The position numbers were made by a program, and so were the translations under genes. Below the pieces are notes generated by a model. It searched no databases and was not told where the DNA came from. It saw nothing but the letters and a program-made list of their open reading frames with translations. A stretch of DNA of 64,000 nt from an uncultured Bacteroidales bacterium. GTDB taxonomy: Bacteria; Bacteroidota; Bacteroidia; Bacteroidales; DTU049. The first letter of the stretch is position 1; every line of letters starts with the position of its first letter. The stretch is from assembly GCA_964428185.1 (NCBI GenBank), contig CAYRXH010000004.1:5726-69725 (forward strand). The letters are read 5' to 3'. Positions 27,969-41,044 of this stretch are shown piece by piece.

Positions 27969-29147
27969 ATGGAAAAGTTCTCAGGTTTAAATTCTATGCT
28001 CATTCATGGGGGCGAGCTTGAAGATGCATACGGTAGTGCAGTTGTCCCCATTTATCAGACATCTACATTCAAATTCAGAAATGTCAAGCATGGTGCTGAT
28101 TTATTTGCCGGACGTGACAAGGGTTATATCTATACAAGAATTGCCAATCCAACCATTGATGTTTTTGAGAAGAAAATGGCCCTCATAGAAAATGGTTATG
28201 CCGGAATTGCCACTGCTTCAGGAATGTCTGCGGTTTCTACAGCATATATTGCATTGCTTTCAGCAGGTGATCATATGATATCAACAGCTGCTGTCTATGG
28301 ACCCAGCAGGAATATTATGGAAAACCACTTCAAGCGGTTTAATATTGAAAGTACATATATCAGTACAGTAAATCCTTCTGATGTTGAGAGGTCAATCAAA
28401 CCAAATACAAAATTGATTTTTCTTGAAACACCCACAAACCCGACAATGGAGATTACGGATATTGAGACTGTTTCAAAAATTGCTCATGCTCATGGAATTT
28501 TGGTTGTAGTGGATAATACATTTGCTACACCGGTTTTACAGAAACCCCTTGATCTGGGAGCTGATGTTGTGTTGCATTCTCTCACGAAATATATTAACGG
28601 ACACGCTGATATTGTGGGTGGAGTTCTTGTGGGAAAAACCAAAGAGATTTGCGACAAGCTCAGGGCTGTGATGATAGGTTTTGGCTGCAATATGGATCCC
28701 CATCAAGCATTTCTGGTTTATAGGGGTATGAAAACTCTGACTCTCAGAGTGAAACAGGCTCAGGAAAATGCAGTAAAAGTTGCTGAGTTTCTTGAAAAAC
28801 ATCCGAAAGTAGAGTGGATAACATATCCCGGTTTAGCTTCACATCCCCAGCATGATCTGGCATTGAAACAGATGAAAGGACCCGGCAGCATGATAAGTTT
28901 TGGTCTGAAAGGTGGGTATGATGCCTGTGTAAATATGCTAAACAATGTTCATTGTGCATTGCTTGCAGTTTCTCTGGGAGGAGTTGAAACATTGATACAG
29001 CACCCTGCGTCCATGACTCATGCAGGAGTTACTACTGAAAAACGGGAAGCTGCAGGAATAACTGATGATCTAGTGAGACTGTCGGTGGGTATTGAAGACA
29101 TAGAAGATATTATTTTAGATCTTGATCATGCACTTACATTTGCCTAA
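27969..29147 (+). CDS. Cys/Met-metabolism PLP enzyme, methionine gamma-lyase-like
   Basis: PLP-lysine context HSLTKYINGH and the YTRIANPT motif, about 392 aa. The ORF-track start at 27951 is TTG, so I trimmed to the ATG at 27969. Gamma-lyase cannot be distinguished from gamma-synthase or sulfhydrylase by eye. Confidence 0.7.
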   Translation: MEKFSGLNSMLIHGGELEDAYGSAVVPIYQTSTFKFRNVKHGADLFAGRDKGYIYTRIANPTIDVFEKKMALIENGYAGIATASGMSAVSTAYIALLSAGDHMISTAAVYGPSRNIMENHFKRFNIESTYISTVNPSDVERSIKPNTKLIFLETPTNPTMEITDIETVSKIAHAHGILVVVDNTFATPVLQKPLDLGADVVLHSLTKYINGHADIVGGVLVGKTKEICDKLRAVMIGFGCNMDPHQAFLVYRGMKTLTLRVKQAQENAVKVAEFLEKHPKVEWITYPGLASHPQHDLALKQMKGPGSMISFGLKGGYDACVNMLNNVHCALLAVSLGGVETLIQHPASMTHAGVTTEKREAAGITDDLVRLSVGIEDIEDIILDLDHALTFA

Positions 29148-29205
29148 AAAAATCTAAAAAACTCAAAATATTTCATGTAATTTTGTTGCTTTCACAGCTT
29201 TTTAA

Positions 29206-30822
<1,617 letters not shown>

Positions 30823-30856
30823 TTAATGATTCGCTGCTTACCGATATTTTTGTGCT

Positions 30857-30892
30857 GAAACGTAATTTTTGGTACTGAACAATTTACGTTTC
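30857..30892 (+). terminator. Hairpin between pyrG and yidC (weak terminator candidate)
   Basis: 9-bp stem gaaacgtaa/ttacgtttc with an 18-nt loop. The T-rich stretch cgtcatttttt follows only after a short gap. Confidence 0.3.
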
Positions 30893-30943
30893 CGTCATTT
30901 TTTATATATTTGCCGACTCAAAATTTCATCAAACATTTTTTAT

Positions 30944-32863
30944 ATGTTTAAGGATAAAAACACCCTCATTGGATTACTGCTGATTTTTGCCATCATGATC
31001 GGCTTTTATTTTTTTACCGCACCTTCAAAAGAAGAGCGTGAAAAAATGCAGAGAGAAAAAGATTCTCTGCAACTGATTGAAGAACAAAAAGCAAAAGCAA
31101 AGCAGGATAGTATTGAATTGCTCGCTGTAACTGATACTGTTGCTTCTGATACACTGAGAACAGATTCCACCGGAGTTCCTCAGACAAGTGTATTTGAAAC
31201 ATCAGATTCCATTGAAGAAACTGTGTATTATATTGAAAATGACCTACTGTTGATCGGAATTTCAAATATCGGTGGAAAAATAAAGACTGTTCAGATCAAA
31301 GAGTATCTGAAATATGATAAAACTCCTCTTTATTTGTTTAACAATTCTCTGGATCGGTTTGGACTTACATTTTTTTCAAATAATAAACCGCTAGTAACAG
31401 ATGAACTGGTTTTTATCCCTTTGACTGAAACCGAAGACACTTTGATTTCTCTTCCCCAAAATTCTGAAGATACTCTGCGTTTTGCAATGAGGTTATATCC
31501 TGTTGTCAATGATTCACTAAGTCAACCAAAAGAATGGATTGAATACAGGTATTCCCTTGTGAATGGAAGTTATCTGGTGGGATTTGAAATTGAAATGCAT
31601 AATATGAAGGAGCTTTTGCCTTCAAATGTCTCATTCATTAACTTTGAGATGTCTGCTGATATGATGCAGCAGGAAAAATCACTTGACAATGAAAAGAATG
31701 TCACAACTGTGTATTATAGTTTCCTTGACGGAGAAGTCGATTATCTTTCTGAGAGTAAAGACGACAAGGAATCACTTGTCAATAAAGTGAAATGGGTTTC
31801 GTTTAAGCAGCAATTTTTTAGTTTTTCACTCATTTCAGGAAATGGGTTTGACGGGGCCGACATTGAAGTTCTCAATGATCAGAATACAGAGGATTCATCC
31901 TATCTGAAAACATTACGGACTTCCGTAACAATTCCCATAGGAGATAGGAATTCCTTTACAATACCGATGTCTCTCTATGCAGGACCCAATAAATATAATA
32001 TTTTGAAAGATATTAATTTAGGGTTTGAAAGACAAATCCCTCTGGGATGGAGTTTTTTCCTGATGCACTGGATTAACAGGTTTGCCGTAATTCCGATTTT
32101 TAATTTTCTGGAAGGATTCAATCTTAACTATGGAATCATTATTCTGATTTTAACTATATTATTGAAAATTGTATTATTCCCGGTTGCCTATAAAACCTAT
32201 CTTTCTTCTGCAAGGATGAAAGTGTTAAAACCAGATATTGATGAAATTTCCAAGAAATTTCCCAAAAAGGAAGATATGATGAAAAAGCAGCAGGCAACTA
32301 TGGAACTATATAAAAAGGCCGGTGTGAACCCCATGTCCGGTTGTTTACCTATGCTTTTACAGTTACCAATTCTCATTGCCATGTTCAGATTCTTCCCCGC
32401 TTCAATTGAACTCAGGCAGGAGGCTTTTTTATGGGCAGATGACCTTTCTTCATATGATTCTATTCTCGAACTTGGCTTCAACATCCCTTTTTACGGATCT
32501 CATGTTAGTTTGTTTACTCTGTTAATGACCATTTCAACACTGATATATACTAGAGTGAATTTCAAGATGATGGGAACACAAAGTCAGATGCCCGGAATGA
32601 AAACCATGATGTATCTGATGCCTGTCATGTTCCTCGGTTTCTTTAACAGCTTTTCTTCAGCATTAAGCTATTATTATTTTCTGGCCAATATGCTCACCTT
32701 TGCCCAAATGGGATTGTTTAACAGGTTTATCAATCATGACAAGATCAGAGAGAAAATATCAGAAAATAAAAAGAAACCCGTAAAAAAATCAGGGTTTCAG
32801 CAAAGACTTGAACAAATGGCAAAGCAACAACAGGCCAAACAAAAACAGTTTAAGAAAAAATAA
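30944..32863 (+). CDS. yidC: Membrane protein insertase YidC
   Basis: Large periplasmic domain plus a C-terminal core with GCLPMLLQLPILIAMFRFF. The ORF-track start at 30869 is non-ATG, so I trimmed to the ATG at 30944 (MFKDKNTLIGLLLIF). Confidence 0.9.
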   Translation: MFKDKNTLIGLLLIFAIMIGFYFFTAPSKEEREKMQREKDSLQLIEEQKAKAKQDSIELLAVTDTVASDTLRTDSTGVPQTSVFETSDSIEETVYYIENDLLLIGISNIGGKIKTVQIKEYLKYDKTPLYLFNNSLDRFGLTFFSNNKPLVTDELVFIPLTETEDTLISLPQNSEDTLRFAMRLYPVVNDSLSQPKEWIEYRYSLVNGSYLVGFEIEMHNMKELLPSNVSFINFEMSADMMQQEKSLDNEKNVTTVYYSFLDGEVDYLSESKDDKESLVNKVKWVSFKQQFFSFSLISGNGFDGADIEVLNDQNTEDSSYLKTLRTSVTIPIGDRNSFTIPMSLYAGPNKYNILKDINLGFERQIPLGWSFFLMHWINRFAVIPIFNFLEGFNLNYGIIILILTILLKIVLFPVAYKTYLSSARMKVLKPDIDEISKKFPKKEDMMKKQQATMELYKKAGVNPMSGCLPMLLQLPILIAMFRFFPASIELRQEAFLWADDLSSYDSILELGFNIPFYGSHVSLFTLLMTISTLIYTRVNFKMMGTQSQMPGMKTMMYLMPVMFLGFFNSFSSALSYYYFLANMLTFAQMGLFNRFINHDKIREKISENKKKPVKKSGFQQRLEQMAKQQQAKQKQFKKK

Positions 32864-32949
32864 AAAAAATTCTTCAGAAAGATTTTTGTATTAAAAATAA
32901 TAGTATCTTTGCACTCCGTTTTGAAAATATAAAAAAAAGACTGACCACT

Positions 32950-33219
32950 ATGTATTTAACATCAGAAATTAAAAAAGAATTATTTAAAAAATACGGAAAA
33001 TCTGAGTTTGACACAGGTTCACCTGAAGGACAGATTGCATTGTTTACACACAGAATTCAGCATCTCACTCAGCACATGAAACAGAATCGTAACGATAAAT
33101 TTACAGAAAGGGCACTGGTTCATCTTGTTAGTAAAAGGAGAAAGCAGTTGAATTATCTGAAGAATAATGATATTCAGAAATATCGTGCAATTATTGCCGA
33201 ACTCAAACTCCGTAAGTAA
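32950..33219 (+). CDS. rpsO: 30S ribosomal protein S15
   Basis: 89 aa with GSPEGQIALFTHRIQHLTQHMK. It sits upstream of pnp, as is typical. Confidence 0.95.
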   Translation: MYLTSEIKKELFKKYGKSEFDTGSPEGQIALFTHRIQHLTQHMKQNRNDKFTERALVHLVSKRRKQLNYLKNNDIQKYRAIIAELKLRK

Positions 33220-33240
33220 AATATTGAAAATAGTAAAACA

Positions 33241-33275
33241 AAAAGGCAATACATTGAATTGCCTTTTTGTTTTTT
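33241..33275 (+). terminator. Rho-independent terminator after rpsO
   Basis: aaaaggcaat-acattga-attgcctttt hairpin followed by tgttttttat. Confidence 0.7.
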
Positions 33276-33310
33276 ATATATACGTTAAATAGAAAAAAAA
33301 ATAAGTAAAG

Positions 33311-35455
33311 ATGTACAAGCAAATTACAGAAACATTTCAGTTGAACAGTTCAACGGAAATAAGTATTGAAACAGGAAAACTCGCCAAGCAGGCTGATGGT
33401 TCTGTTGTTGTGAAAATTGGAAACACAATGCTGCTGGCAACGGTGGTAGCGAAAGAGGAAGTTGCAGATAACGTTGACTTTATGCCTCTTTCTGTGGACT
33501 ATCAGGAGAAATATGCTGCCCTTGGTCGTTTTCCCGGTGGGTTTTTTAAAAGAGAAGCAAGGCCTTCAGAGTATGAGATTTTAATCAGCAGGTTGATTGA
33601 CCGTGCACTTCGTCCCATGTTCCCTGAAGACTTTCATGCTGAAACTCAGGTGCTGGTTTTTTTAATATCCGCTGATAAGGAAACTTCTCCAGATGCATAT
33701 GCAGCTCTTGCAGCTTCTAGTGCTCTCATGGTTTCAGATATCCCATTTCATGGTCCAATTTCTGAAGTTAGGGTGGCAAGAGTGAACGGTGAATATTTAA
33801 TCAACCCTCCTGTTTATCTTCTCGAACAGGCAGATCTTGACCTGATAGTGGCAGCAACAATGGATGATATTACCATGGTTGAAGGTGAAATGAAAGAAGT
33901 ATCAGAAGAAGTGATGATGGGAGCATTAAAAGTTGCTCATGAGGCTATAAAGATCCAGTGTCAGGCACAGATCAGGCTTGCTGCTAAAGTTGAAAAAGCC
34001 CAGAATAAGAGGATATATTGTCACGAAAACAATGATGAGGAACTCAAGAACCGGCTGACTGAATTTTGTGAAAACAAAATTATGCAGGTTGCCAGACAAC
34101 ACATCACAAATAAGAAAATCAGAAGTGCTTCATTTAAGGAAATTGAAGAACAGTTTATTGAGACAGTACCTGAAGAATTGCGTGCCGAAAAAATGCCTCT
34201 GATAAAGAGATATTTTCATGATTTACATAAGGAAGTTGTTAGGCAGATGGTTCTTCAGGACAGAATCCGTCTTGATGGCAGAAAGCTTGATGAAATTCGT
34301 CCCATCTGGTGTGAAGTGGATTACCTTCCCGCTGCCCATGGTTCTTCAATATTCACACGTGGAGAGACACAATCTCTGACTACAGTTACAATCGGAACCT
34401 CACTTGATGAACAGATTATTGACGGAGTGGTTTTCGAAGGAAAGAACAGATTTATGCTTCACTATAATTTCCCTCCATTTTCCACAGGGGAAAATAAAAT
34501 GCTCAGAACAGGACGTCGCGAAGTAGGTCATGGCAATCTTGCAATGCGTGCATTAAAACCCATGCTTCCCCATGAAGATGAAAATCCCTATACCATAAGA
34601 GTTGTTTCTGATATCCTCGAATCAAACGGATCTTCTTCAATGGCCACCGTTTGTGCCGGTTCACTTGCATTGATGGATGCAGGAATTAAACTGGCAAAAC
34701 CAGTTAGTGGTATTGCAATGGGGCTTATTACTGATAAAAAAACCAGAAAATACGCAGTGTTGTCTGATATCCTCGGGGATGAAGATCATCTGGGTGATAT
34801 GGATTTTAAAGTGACCGGAACCCATGATGGAATTACAGCCTGTCAGATGGATATTAAAATTGAAGGCCTGTCATATGAAATTCTTGCTGAAGCACTAGCT
34901 CAGGCAAAACAAGGCAGAGAACATATTCTTGGTGAAATGAAAAAAGCAATCAGTGAGCCCAGAGAAGATTATAAACCTCAGGTACCCCGTTTTGCAAAAG
35001 TTTCTATTCCCCGTGAATTTATTGGCGCTGTTATCGGTCCGGGTGGAAAACATATTCAGGACCTTCAGAGAGCAACAAATTCAACGATAGTTATTCAGGA
35101 AGTTGGAGATTTTGGTGTCGTTGAAGTGTTTGCTCCCAATAAATCAGATATTGAAACAGTCTTACTCAGATTAAAAATGATTACCGCAGTTCCTGAAATT
35201 GGAGAAGTTTACGAGGGAACGGTAAAATCAATTCTTGATTTTGGGGTTTTTGTTGAAATACTTCCCGGGAAAGAAGGCCTTCTGCATATTTCTGAAATTG
35301 ACTGGAAGCATGTGAAAGATGCCAAGGAATATTTTAAAACAGGAGATGAAGTGAAAGTGAAACTTCTTGATATTGATTCCAAAACCGGAAAAATGAAGTT
35401 ATCAAGAAAAGTTCTGATTCCCCGTCCTGAAAGAAAACCTGACGATCAGCAATAG
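33311..35455 (+). CDS. pnp: Polyribonucleotide nucleotidyltransferase (PNPase)
   Basis: 714 aa with two RNase PH-like halves, a KH region and S1 ([20 protein letters not shown]). Confidence 0.95.
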   Translation: MYKQITETFQLNSSTEISIETGKLAKQADGSVVVKIGNTMLLATVVAKEEVADNVDFMPLSVDYQEKYAALGRFPGGFFKREARPSEYEILISRLIDRALRPMFPEDFHAETQVLVFLISADKETSPDAYAALAASSALMVSDIPFHGPISEVRVARVNGEYLINPPVYLLEQADLDLIVAATMDDITMVEGEMKEVSEEVMMGALKVAHEAIKIQCQAQIRLAAKVEKAQNKRIYCHENNDEELKNRLTEFCENKIMQVARQHITNKKIRSASFKEIEEQFIETVPEELRAEKMPLIKRYFHDLHKEVVRQMVLQDRIRLDGRKLDEIRPIWCEVDYLPAAHGSSIFTRGETQSLTTVTIGTSLDEQIIDGVVFEGKNRFMLHYNFPPFSTGENKMLRTGRREVGHGNLAMRALKPMLPHEDENPYTIRVVSDILESNGSSSMATVCAGSLALMDAGIKLAKPVSGIAMGLITDKKTRKYAVLSDILGDEDHLGDMDFKVTGTHDGITACQMDIKIEGLSYEILAEALAQAKQGREHILGEMKKAISEPREDYKPQVPRFAKVSIPREFIGAVIGPGGKHIQDLQRATNSTIVIQEVGDFGVVEVFAPNKSDIETVLLRLKMITAVPEIGEVYEGTVKSILDFGVFVEILPGKEGLLHISEIDWKHVKDAKEYFKTGDEVKVKLLDIDSKTGKMKLSRKVLIPRPERKPDDQQ

Positions 35456-35473
35456 AGTTTAATATTATTGTTG

Positions 35474-35506
35474 AAGCGGATGAAATATTTTCATCCGCTT
35501 TTTTTT
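35474..35506 (+). terminator. Rho-independent terminator after pnp
   Basis: 12-bp perfect stem aagcggatgaaa/tttcatccgctt followed by a T run. Confidence 0.8.
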
Positions 35507-35541
35507 ATTATTTTTGCTGTTGATTTTCAATTACCTATCGT

Positions 35542-36195
35542 ATGAACAGGATACTTGCTCCGTCATTATTATCATCTGATTTCATGAACCTGCAAAGTGA
35601 AATAGAAATGCTCAATTCAAGCAAAGCTCAATGGATTCACTGTGATATCATGGATGGTCATTTTGTGCCAAATCTTACTTTCGGACCTCCTGTTCTCAAA
35701 CAAATGAGAAAGTTAACAAAGAAGATCATGGATGTCCATCTGATGATTTCAAATGCGGAGCAATATCTTAATGACTATGTGGACGCAGGTGCCGATGTAC
35801 TCACCCTTCACTGGGAAGCAATTATTCACCTTCATCGTTCGCTTCAGACAATCAAAACCAGAGGTGTCAAAGCAGGAGTTTCACTGAATCCACATACTCC
35901 TGTATCTGTTCTTGAAGATATCCTTCCAATGGCTGATTTGATTCTTCTAATGTCAGTAAATCCGGGTTTTGGTGGTCAGAAATTTATTACCGGAACTATT
36001 GATAAAGTGAAAAAACTGAGTTCAATGAGAGCCCGCCTGAATCCCCAATGCCTCATTCAGGTTGATGGGGGTATCAGCAAGGAAAATTCAGATGCTCTTT
36101 TTCAGGCTGGTGCAAATGTCCTGGTTGCTGGCAATGCAGTGTTTGGATCAGCAGACCCGAGAAAGGAGATTGAATTGATTTTGAAGCAGGTATAA
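35542..36195 (+). CDS. rpe: Ribulose-phosphate 3-epimerase
   Basis: 217 aa with HCDIMDGHFVPN and MSVNPGFGGQKF. A TATTTTTG motif lies at 35509-35516, upstream. Confidence 0.9.
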   Translation: MNRILAPSLLSSDFMNLQSEIEMLNSSKAQWIHCDIMDGHFVPNLTFGPPVLKQMRKLTKKIMDVHLMISNAEQYLNDYVDAGADVLTLHWEAIIHLHRSLQTIKTRGVKAGVSLNPHTPVSVLEDILPMADLILLMSVNPGFGGQKFITGTIDKVKKLSSMRARLNPQCLIQVDGGISKENSDALFQAGANVLVAGNAVFGSADPRKEIELILKQV

Positions 36196-36199
36196 ACAA

Positions 36200-36263
36200 A
36201 ACACATTATTTCCAATTTTTTTAGTGAGACAAATTTCTAGGTTTGTTATAAAAATAATGTGTT
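36200..36263. repeat. 12-bp perfect inverted repeat with 40-nt spacer
   Basis: aacacattattt (36200-36211) pairs with aaataatgtgtt (36252-36263). The spacer contains TAGGTTTG at 36238-36245. The repeat starts 5 nt after the rpe stop. Confidence 0.6.
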
Positions 36264-36343
36264 GCAAAAAATGAAAAAAAAGGACAAATAAGTTTGAACT
36301 TTTCTTTGCACAAAGGATGAATGTGAAAAAATATTAAAAACCA

Positions 36344-36375
36344 TTTGGTTATATGAAATAAACTATCTAATTTTG
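36344..36375 (+). promoter_or_regulatory. Bacteroidota-type promoter-like motif for the rpsL block
   Basis: TTTG at 36344-36347, a 20-nt spacer, and TAATTTTG at 36368-36375. It lies 50 nt upstream of the rpsL ATG. Confidence 0.5.
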
Positions 36376-36425
36376 CAGTCCCAAAAAAACCGAGTTTGAA
36401 TAAATAAATTAATTAAATTGACTGT

Positions 36426-36809
36426 ATGCCAACAATACAACAATTAGTTCGCAAGGGACGAAAGAAACTTGTTTTTAAGAGTAAATCACCTGCATTGGAC
36501 TCCTGTCCTCAGAGACGCGGGGTATGTGTAAGAGTGTATACCACAACTCCCAAAAAGCCCAATTCTGCACTTCGTAAAGTTGCCCGTGTACGTTTAACAA
36601 ATCAGAAGGAAGTAAATTCCTATATTCCAGGAGAAGGTCACAATCTTCAGGAGCACTCAATCGTCATGATTCGTGGTGGCAGAGTAAAAGACCTTCCGGG
36701 AGTCCGTTATCATATTATTCGCGGAGCCCTTGATACTTCAGGTGTTGAAGGACGTACACAAAGGCGTTCAAAGTATGGGACAAAACGTCCAAAAGTTAAG
36801 AAAGCATAA
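36426..36809 (+). CDS. rpsL: 30S ribosomal protein S12
   Basis: [12 protein letters not shown]... and [16 protein letters not shown]. Confidence 0.97.
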   Translation: MPTIQQLVRKGRKKLVFKSKSPALDSCPQRRGVCVRVYTTTPKKPNSALRKVARVRLTNQKEVNSYIPGEGHNLQEHSIVMIRGGRVKDLPGVRYHIIRGALDTSGVEGRTQRRSKYGTKRPKVKKA

Positions 36810-36836
36810 TCAGACTTAAAATATCATCCAAAATAT

Positions 36837-37304
36837 ATGAGAAAGTCAAAACCAAAAAAACGAATTATTCTTCCTGATCCGAAGTTTCATGATCCGATGG
36901 TGACAAAATTTGTCAACAATCTTATGTTGAATGGTAAGAAAAATGTTGCTTTTGACATTTTTTACAATGCAATTGAAATTGTATCAGACAAAACCAAGGA
37001 AGACGGGCTGGAAGTATTTAAAAAAGCTTTGTCAAATGTTACTCCACAGGTTGAAGTTCGCAGTCGCCGTATAGGTGGTGCCACTTTTCAGATTCCTTCC
37101 GAGATCAGACCAGAGCGAAAATCAAGTATCGGGATGAAAAACCTCATAAATTTTGCCAGGAAGCGTAATGAAAAGAGAATGGAAAGCAAACTCGCTTCTG
37201 AAATCATGGCTGCATATAAAGAAGAAGGTTCAGCCTATAAAAGGAAGGAAGATATCCACAGAATGGCCGAAGCAAACAAAGCATTTTCACACTTCAGATT
37301 TTAA
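36837..37304 (+). CDS. rpsG: 30S ribosomal protein S7
   Basis: 155 aa with ILPDPKF and a C-terminal AFSHFRF. Position between rpsL and fusA. Confidence 0.97.
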   Translation: MRKSKPKKRIILPDPKFHDPMVTKFVNNLMLNGKKNVAFDIFYNAIEIVSDKTKEDGLEVFKKALSNVTPQVEVRSRRIGGATFQIPSEIRPERKSSIGMKNLINFARKRNEKRMESKLASEIMAAYKEEGSAYKRKEDIHRMAEANKAFSHFRF

Positions 37305-37327
37305 TTACACTATTGAATACGCTGGGA

Positions 37328-39415
37328 ATGAATAACGTGAGGAATATAGGAATCATGGCTCACATTGACGCAGGAAAGACGACCACTACCGAGCGTATTC
37401 TCTATTATTCCGGTGTCAATTATGCAATAGGAGAGGTTCATGAGGGCACAGCCACAATGGACTGGATGCTTCAGGAACAGGAGAGAGGGATAACCATTAC
37501 TTCAGCTGCAACAACAGTTTACTGGAATTTCAATAATACTCAATACAAAATCAATATTATTGATACCCCTGGTCATGTTGATTTTACCGTTGAAGTTGAG
37601 CGATCACTCAGAGTTCTTGACGGAGCTGTTGCTCTTTTTTGTGGAGTTGGTGGCGTTGAACCTCAATCAGAGACTGTCTGGCACCAGGCTGATAAATATA
37701 AAATTCCCCGTGTTTGTTATGTGAACAAACTGGATAGACAAGGATCCGACTTTTTTAATGTGGTTTCTCAGATTAAAAATAAGCTTAGTGCAAATCCGAT
37801 TGTTATGCAGATCCCTCTTGGTGAAGAAGAGAATTTTACAGGAATTGTGGATTTGGTAACTAATAAGGCTTTTCAATGGGATGATGACTCAATGGGAAAA
37901 CAGTTTGAAGAAGTTCCTGTTCCCGATTCACTCACCGAAATGGTGAATACTTACAGAAGATTACTGATTGAAGGTGCTGCTGAAGAAAGTGATGAATTAC
38001 TTGAAAAATTTATGGCTGATCCTGAATCAATCACTGCTGATGAAATTCGTTATCAGGTCCGTAGAGCGACACTTGAGAACAGGATAGTTCCTGTTTTCTG
38101 TGGTTCTTCGTTTAAGAATAAAGGAGTTCAGCCATTGCTTGATGCAATTACTGCCTACTTGCCTTCTCCTCTTGATCTGCCTCAGATTGAAGCTGAGGAT
38201 ATCAAGACTGGAAATAAAGTATTGGTGAGTCATTCTCCTGAAGGATTTCTTGCTGCATTAGCATTTAAAATATCAAATGACTCCTATTTAGGAAGGGTAG
38301 CATTTTCCAGAATATACTCAGGGAAGATCAAAGTGGGAGATATGGTTTTTAATTCTGCTACAGAAAAAAAAGAGAGAATTTCAAAAATATTCAGACTACA
38401 TGCCAATAAACATACATCAATTGAAGAAGTGGAGGCTGGGGATATTGTTGCTCTTGTTGGATTAAAGAATATTACCACCGGTCATACGCTCTGCGATGAA
38501 AAACACCCTCTGCTTCTTGAAACAATTAAATTTCCCGACCCTGTAATTAGTATTGCCATTGAACCTAAAACCCAGAATGATGTCGAGAAACTGTCTCTTG
38601 GGTTAGCAAAACTTGTTGAGGAAGACCCTACATTTCAGGTGAAAGTTGATGAAGAACTGGGGCAAACTATTATAAGCGGCATGGGAGAACTTCATCTTGA
38701 AGTGCTTGTTGACAGATTGAAAAGAGAATTTCTTGTTGAATGTAATCTTGGAAAACCTCAGGTAGCATACAAGGAAACAATTTCTTCAGCTGTCACTCAC
38801 AGAGAAATATATAAGAAGCAGACAGGTGGCAAAGGAAAATTTGCTGAACTTGAAATCAGACTTGAGCCTCTCCGTGATAATGATGATACGTTTCAGTTTG
38901 AATGGAAAGTCTCAGGTTCAAGCATTCCACGTGAATTTTCCTCATCAGTTGAAAAGGGAATTCGAAATACACTGACCAATGGTGTAATGGGGGGGTTCCC
39001 TGTGATGAATTTAAAAGTGACTGTACTTGACGGCTCCTATCATACTGTTGATTCTGATCCTTTGGCATTTGAAATTTGTGCCGGCATTGCATTCCGTGAA
39101 GCTATGAAGAAGGCCGGTTCATTGTTGATTGAACCAATCATGAAGTTGAATGTAACAACACCTGCAGATTATGTAGGAGATATTTCTTCCGATATTACCA
39201 GACGCAGAGGTGTGGTTGCTGGTCTTGATTCTCAGGCTCACCTGCAGCTTATCAGTGCAACAGTTCCGCTTGCTTCTATGTTTGGTTATGTTACTGATCT
39301 CAGATCCATGTCCTCAGGGCGGGCGTCTTCAACACTTGAGTTTTCTCATTATAGCGCCACACCTCAGGAACTTGCAAAAGAAGTAATTTATAAAGTAAAA
39401 GGAATACTCATTTAA
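37328..39415 (+). CDS. fusA: Elongation factor G
   Basis: G1 motif AHIDAGKTTTTERIL and G3 motif DTPGHVDF. The ORF-track start at 37313 is TTG, so I used the ATG at 37328. Confidence 0.97.
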   Translation: MNNVRNIGIMAHIDAGKTTTTERILYYSGVNYAIGEVHEGTATMDWMLQEQERGITITSAATTVYWNFNNTQYKINIIDTPGHVDFTVEVERSLRVLDGAVALFCGVGGVEPQSETVWHQADKYKIPRVCYVNKLDRQGSDFFNVVSQIKNKLSANPIVMQIPLGEEENFTGIVDLVTNKAFQWDDDSMGKQFEEVPVPDSLTEMVNTYRRLLIEGAAEESDELLEKFMADPESITADEIRYQVRRATLENRIVPVFCGSSFKNKGVQPLLDAITAYLPSPLDLPQIEAEDIKTGNKVLVSHSPEGFLAALAFKISNDSYLGRVAFSRIYSGKIKVGDMVFNSATEKKERISKIFRLHANKHTSIEEVEAGDIVALVGLKNITTGHTLCDEKHPLLLETIKFPDPVISIAIEPKTQNDVEKLSLGLAKLVEEDPTFQVKVDEELGQTIISGMGELHLEVLVDRLKREFLVECNLGKPQVAYKETISSAVTHREIYKKQTGGKGKFAELEIRLEPLRDNDDTFQFEWKVSGSSIPREFSSSVEKGIRNTLTNGVMGGFPVMNLKVTVLDGSYHTVDSDPLAFEICAGIAFREAMKKAGSLLIEPIMKLNVTTPADYVGDISSDITRRRGVVAGLDSQAHLQLISATVPLASMFGYVTDLRSMSSGRASSTLEFSHYSATPQELAKEVIYKVKGILI

Positions 39416-39447
39416 AGAATTGATTAATAACTTAACAAATACAACAC

Positions 39448-39753
39448 GTGAAACAAAAGATTCGCATTAAGTTAAAATCCTACGATTACAATCTTGTTGA
39501 TAAGTCAGCAGAAAAAATCGTGAAAGCTGTCAAAGCAACCGGAGCTATTGTAAATGGCCCCATCCCACTCCCTACAGACAAAAAGATCTTCACTATCAAC
39601 AGATCTACATTTGTTAATAAAAAATCAAGGGAGCAGTTTCAGGTATCTGCATATAAAAGATTGCTTGATATATACAGTACTAACAGCAAGACAATTGACG
39701 CCCTGATGAAGCTGGAACTGCCAAGCGGTGTTGATGTAGAAATTAAAGTATAA
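39448..39753 (+). CDS. rpsJ: 30S ribosomal protein S10
   Basis: 101 aa with [10 protein letters not shown]. The apparent start codon is GTG. Confidence 0.95.
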   Translation: MKQKIRIKLKSYDYNLVDKSAEKIVKAVKATGAIVNGPIPLPTDKKIFTINRSTFVNKKSREQFQVSAYKRLLDIYSTNSKTIDALMKLELPSGVDVEIKV

Positions 39754-39779
39754 TTATTCATTATGTAATATAAAGAACC

Positions 39780-40409
39780 ATGTCAGGATTATTAGGAAAA
39801 AAAATCGGTATGACTAGCGTCTATGATGCCTCTGGGAAGAAAGTCCCATGCACTGTGATAGAAGCTGGTCCTTGTGTGGTTACTCAGGTAAAAACTTCAG
39901 ATAAGGATGGTTATGATGCCATTCAATTAGGTTTTGAAGACAAAAAGGAAAAGCACACACCCAAAGCATTATCAAACCACTTTAAAAAAGCAGGAACATC
40001 ACCCAAGAAAATTGTTCGTGAGTTTTCCCGTTTTGAAGAAGGAAAGCGAAAACAGTTTGGTGAGATCATTACTGTTGATGTCTTTATTGAGGGGGAATAT
40101 ATTGATGTTCAGGGAATATCTAAAGGAAAAGGCTTTCAGGGTGTTGTTAAACGTCACGGATTTGGTGGAGTTGGGGATCAGACTCATGGACAACATAACA
40201 GACTCAGAGCGCCTGGTTCCGTAGGAGCATCTTCTTATCCTTCCAGAGTATTTCCTGGAATGAGAATGGCCGGGCAAACCGGAAATCAAAAAGTGAAAGT
40301 CATCAATCTCGAGATTCTGAAAATATTTCCGGAAAAAAATCTAATAGTTGTTAAAGGGTCAGTTCCGGGACCTAAAGGTTCATATTTAAAACTGGAAAGA
40401 TGGAGCTAA
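39780..40409 (+). CDS. rplC: 50S ribosomal protein L3
   Basis: [10 protein letters not shown] and [13 protein letters not shown]. Confidence 0.97.
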   Translation: MSGLLGKKIGMTSVYDASGKKVPCTVIEAGPCVVTQVKTSDKDGYDAIQLGFEDKKEKHTPKALSNHFKKAGTSPKKIVREFSRFEEGKRKQFGEIITVDVFIEGEYIDVQGISKGKGFQGVVKRHGFGGVGDQTHGQHNRLRAPGSVGASSYPSRVFPGMRMAGQTGNQKVKVINLEILKIFPEKNLIVVKGSVPGPKGSYLKLERWS

Positions 40410-41032
40410 AAGTATATAAAACAGATGGAACGCAGACTGAAAAGACTGCTGTATTGAATCCCGCCATTTTCGGGATTGAACCTAACGATCACGCCATTTA
40501 TCTTGACGTGAAATCATTTATGGCCAATCAGAGACAGGGTACTGCAAAGACAAGAGAACGCAGTGAAATGTCTGGAAGTACTAGAAAATTATTCCGCCAG
40601 AAAGGCACTGGAAACGCAAGACGTGGTGATATTAATTCTCCGCTTCTCAGAGGTGGAGCCAGAGTATTTGGCCCTCGTCCACATGATTTCAGTATCAAAG
40701 TCAATAAAAAAGTAAAAGTGTTGGCAAGAAAAAGTGCTTTATCATATAAAGCTGCAAGCCAGGATATTACTGTTGTTGATGGGTTTCAAATGGAAGCACC
40801 AAAAACTCAGGAATTTGCTCAGATTCTGAAAAATTTTGAATTTCAGAAGAAAAAAATACTTTTAGTGTTAGACGAAACAAATAAAAGTGTATTTTTGTCA
40901 ACTCGAAATTTGCAGAATGTTAGAGTGTTAAATGCTTCAGAATTAAACACATATCAAGTTCTCTGGGCGAATAAAATGCTGATAACAGAAGACTCATTGA
41001 AGCAAATTGAGGAAATTTTGTTAAATAAATAA
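40400..41032 (+). CDS. rplD: 50S ribosomal protein L4
   Basis: 210 aa with [11 protein letters not shown]. Operon position. Confidence 0.95.
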   Translation: MELKVYKTDGTQTEKTAVLNPAIFGIEPNDHAIYLDVKSFMANQRQGTAKTRERSEMSGSTRKLFRQKGTGNARRGDINSPLLRGGARVFGPRPHDFSIKVNKKVKVLARKSALSYKAASQDITVVDGFQMEAPKTQEFAQILKNFEFQKKKILLVLDETNKSVFLSTRNLQNVRVLNASELNTYQVLWANKMLITEDSLKQIEEILLNK

Positions 41033-41044
41033 GCTGAAAAAGTC

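Noticed and set aside
36200-36263. Reading the inverted repeat plus internal TAnnTTTG motif as an invertible (phase-variable) promoter.
   Set aside because: A 40-bp invertible segment is far shorter than the known Bacteroides invertible promoters as I recall them (roughly 150-400 bp). No recombinase gene is nearby. A hairpin or operator explanation is simpler.
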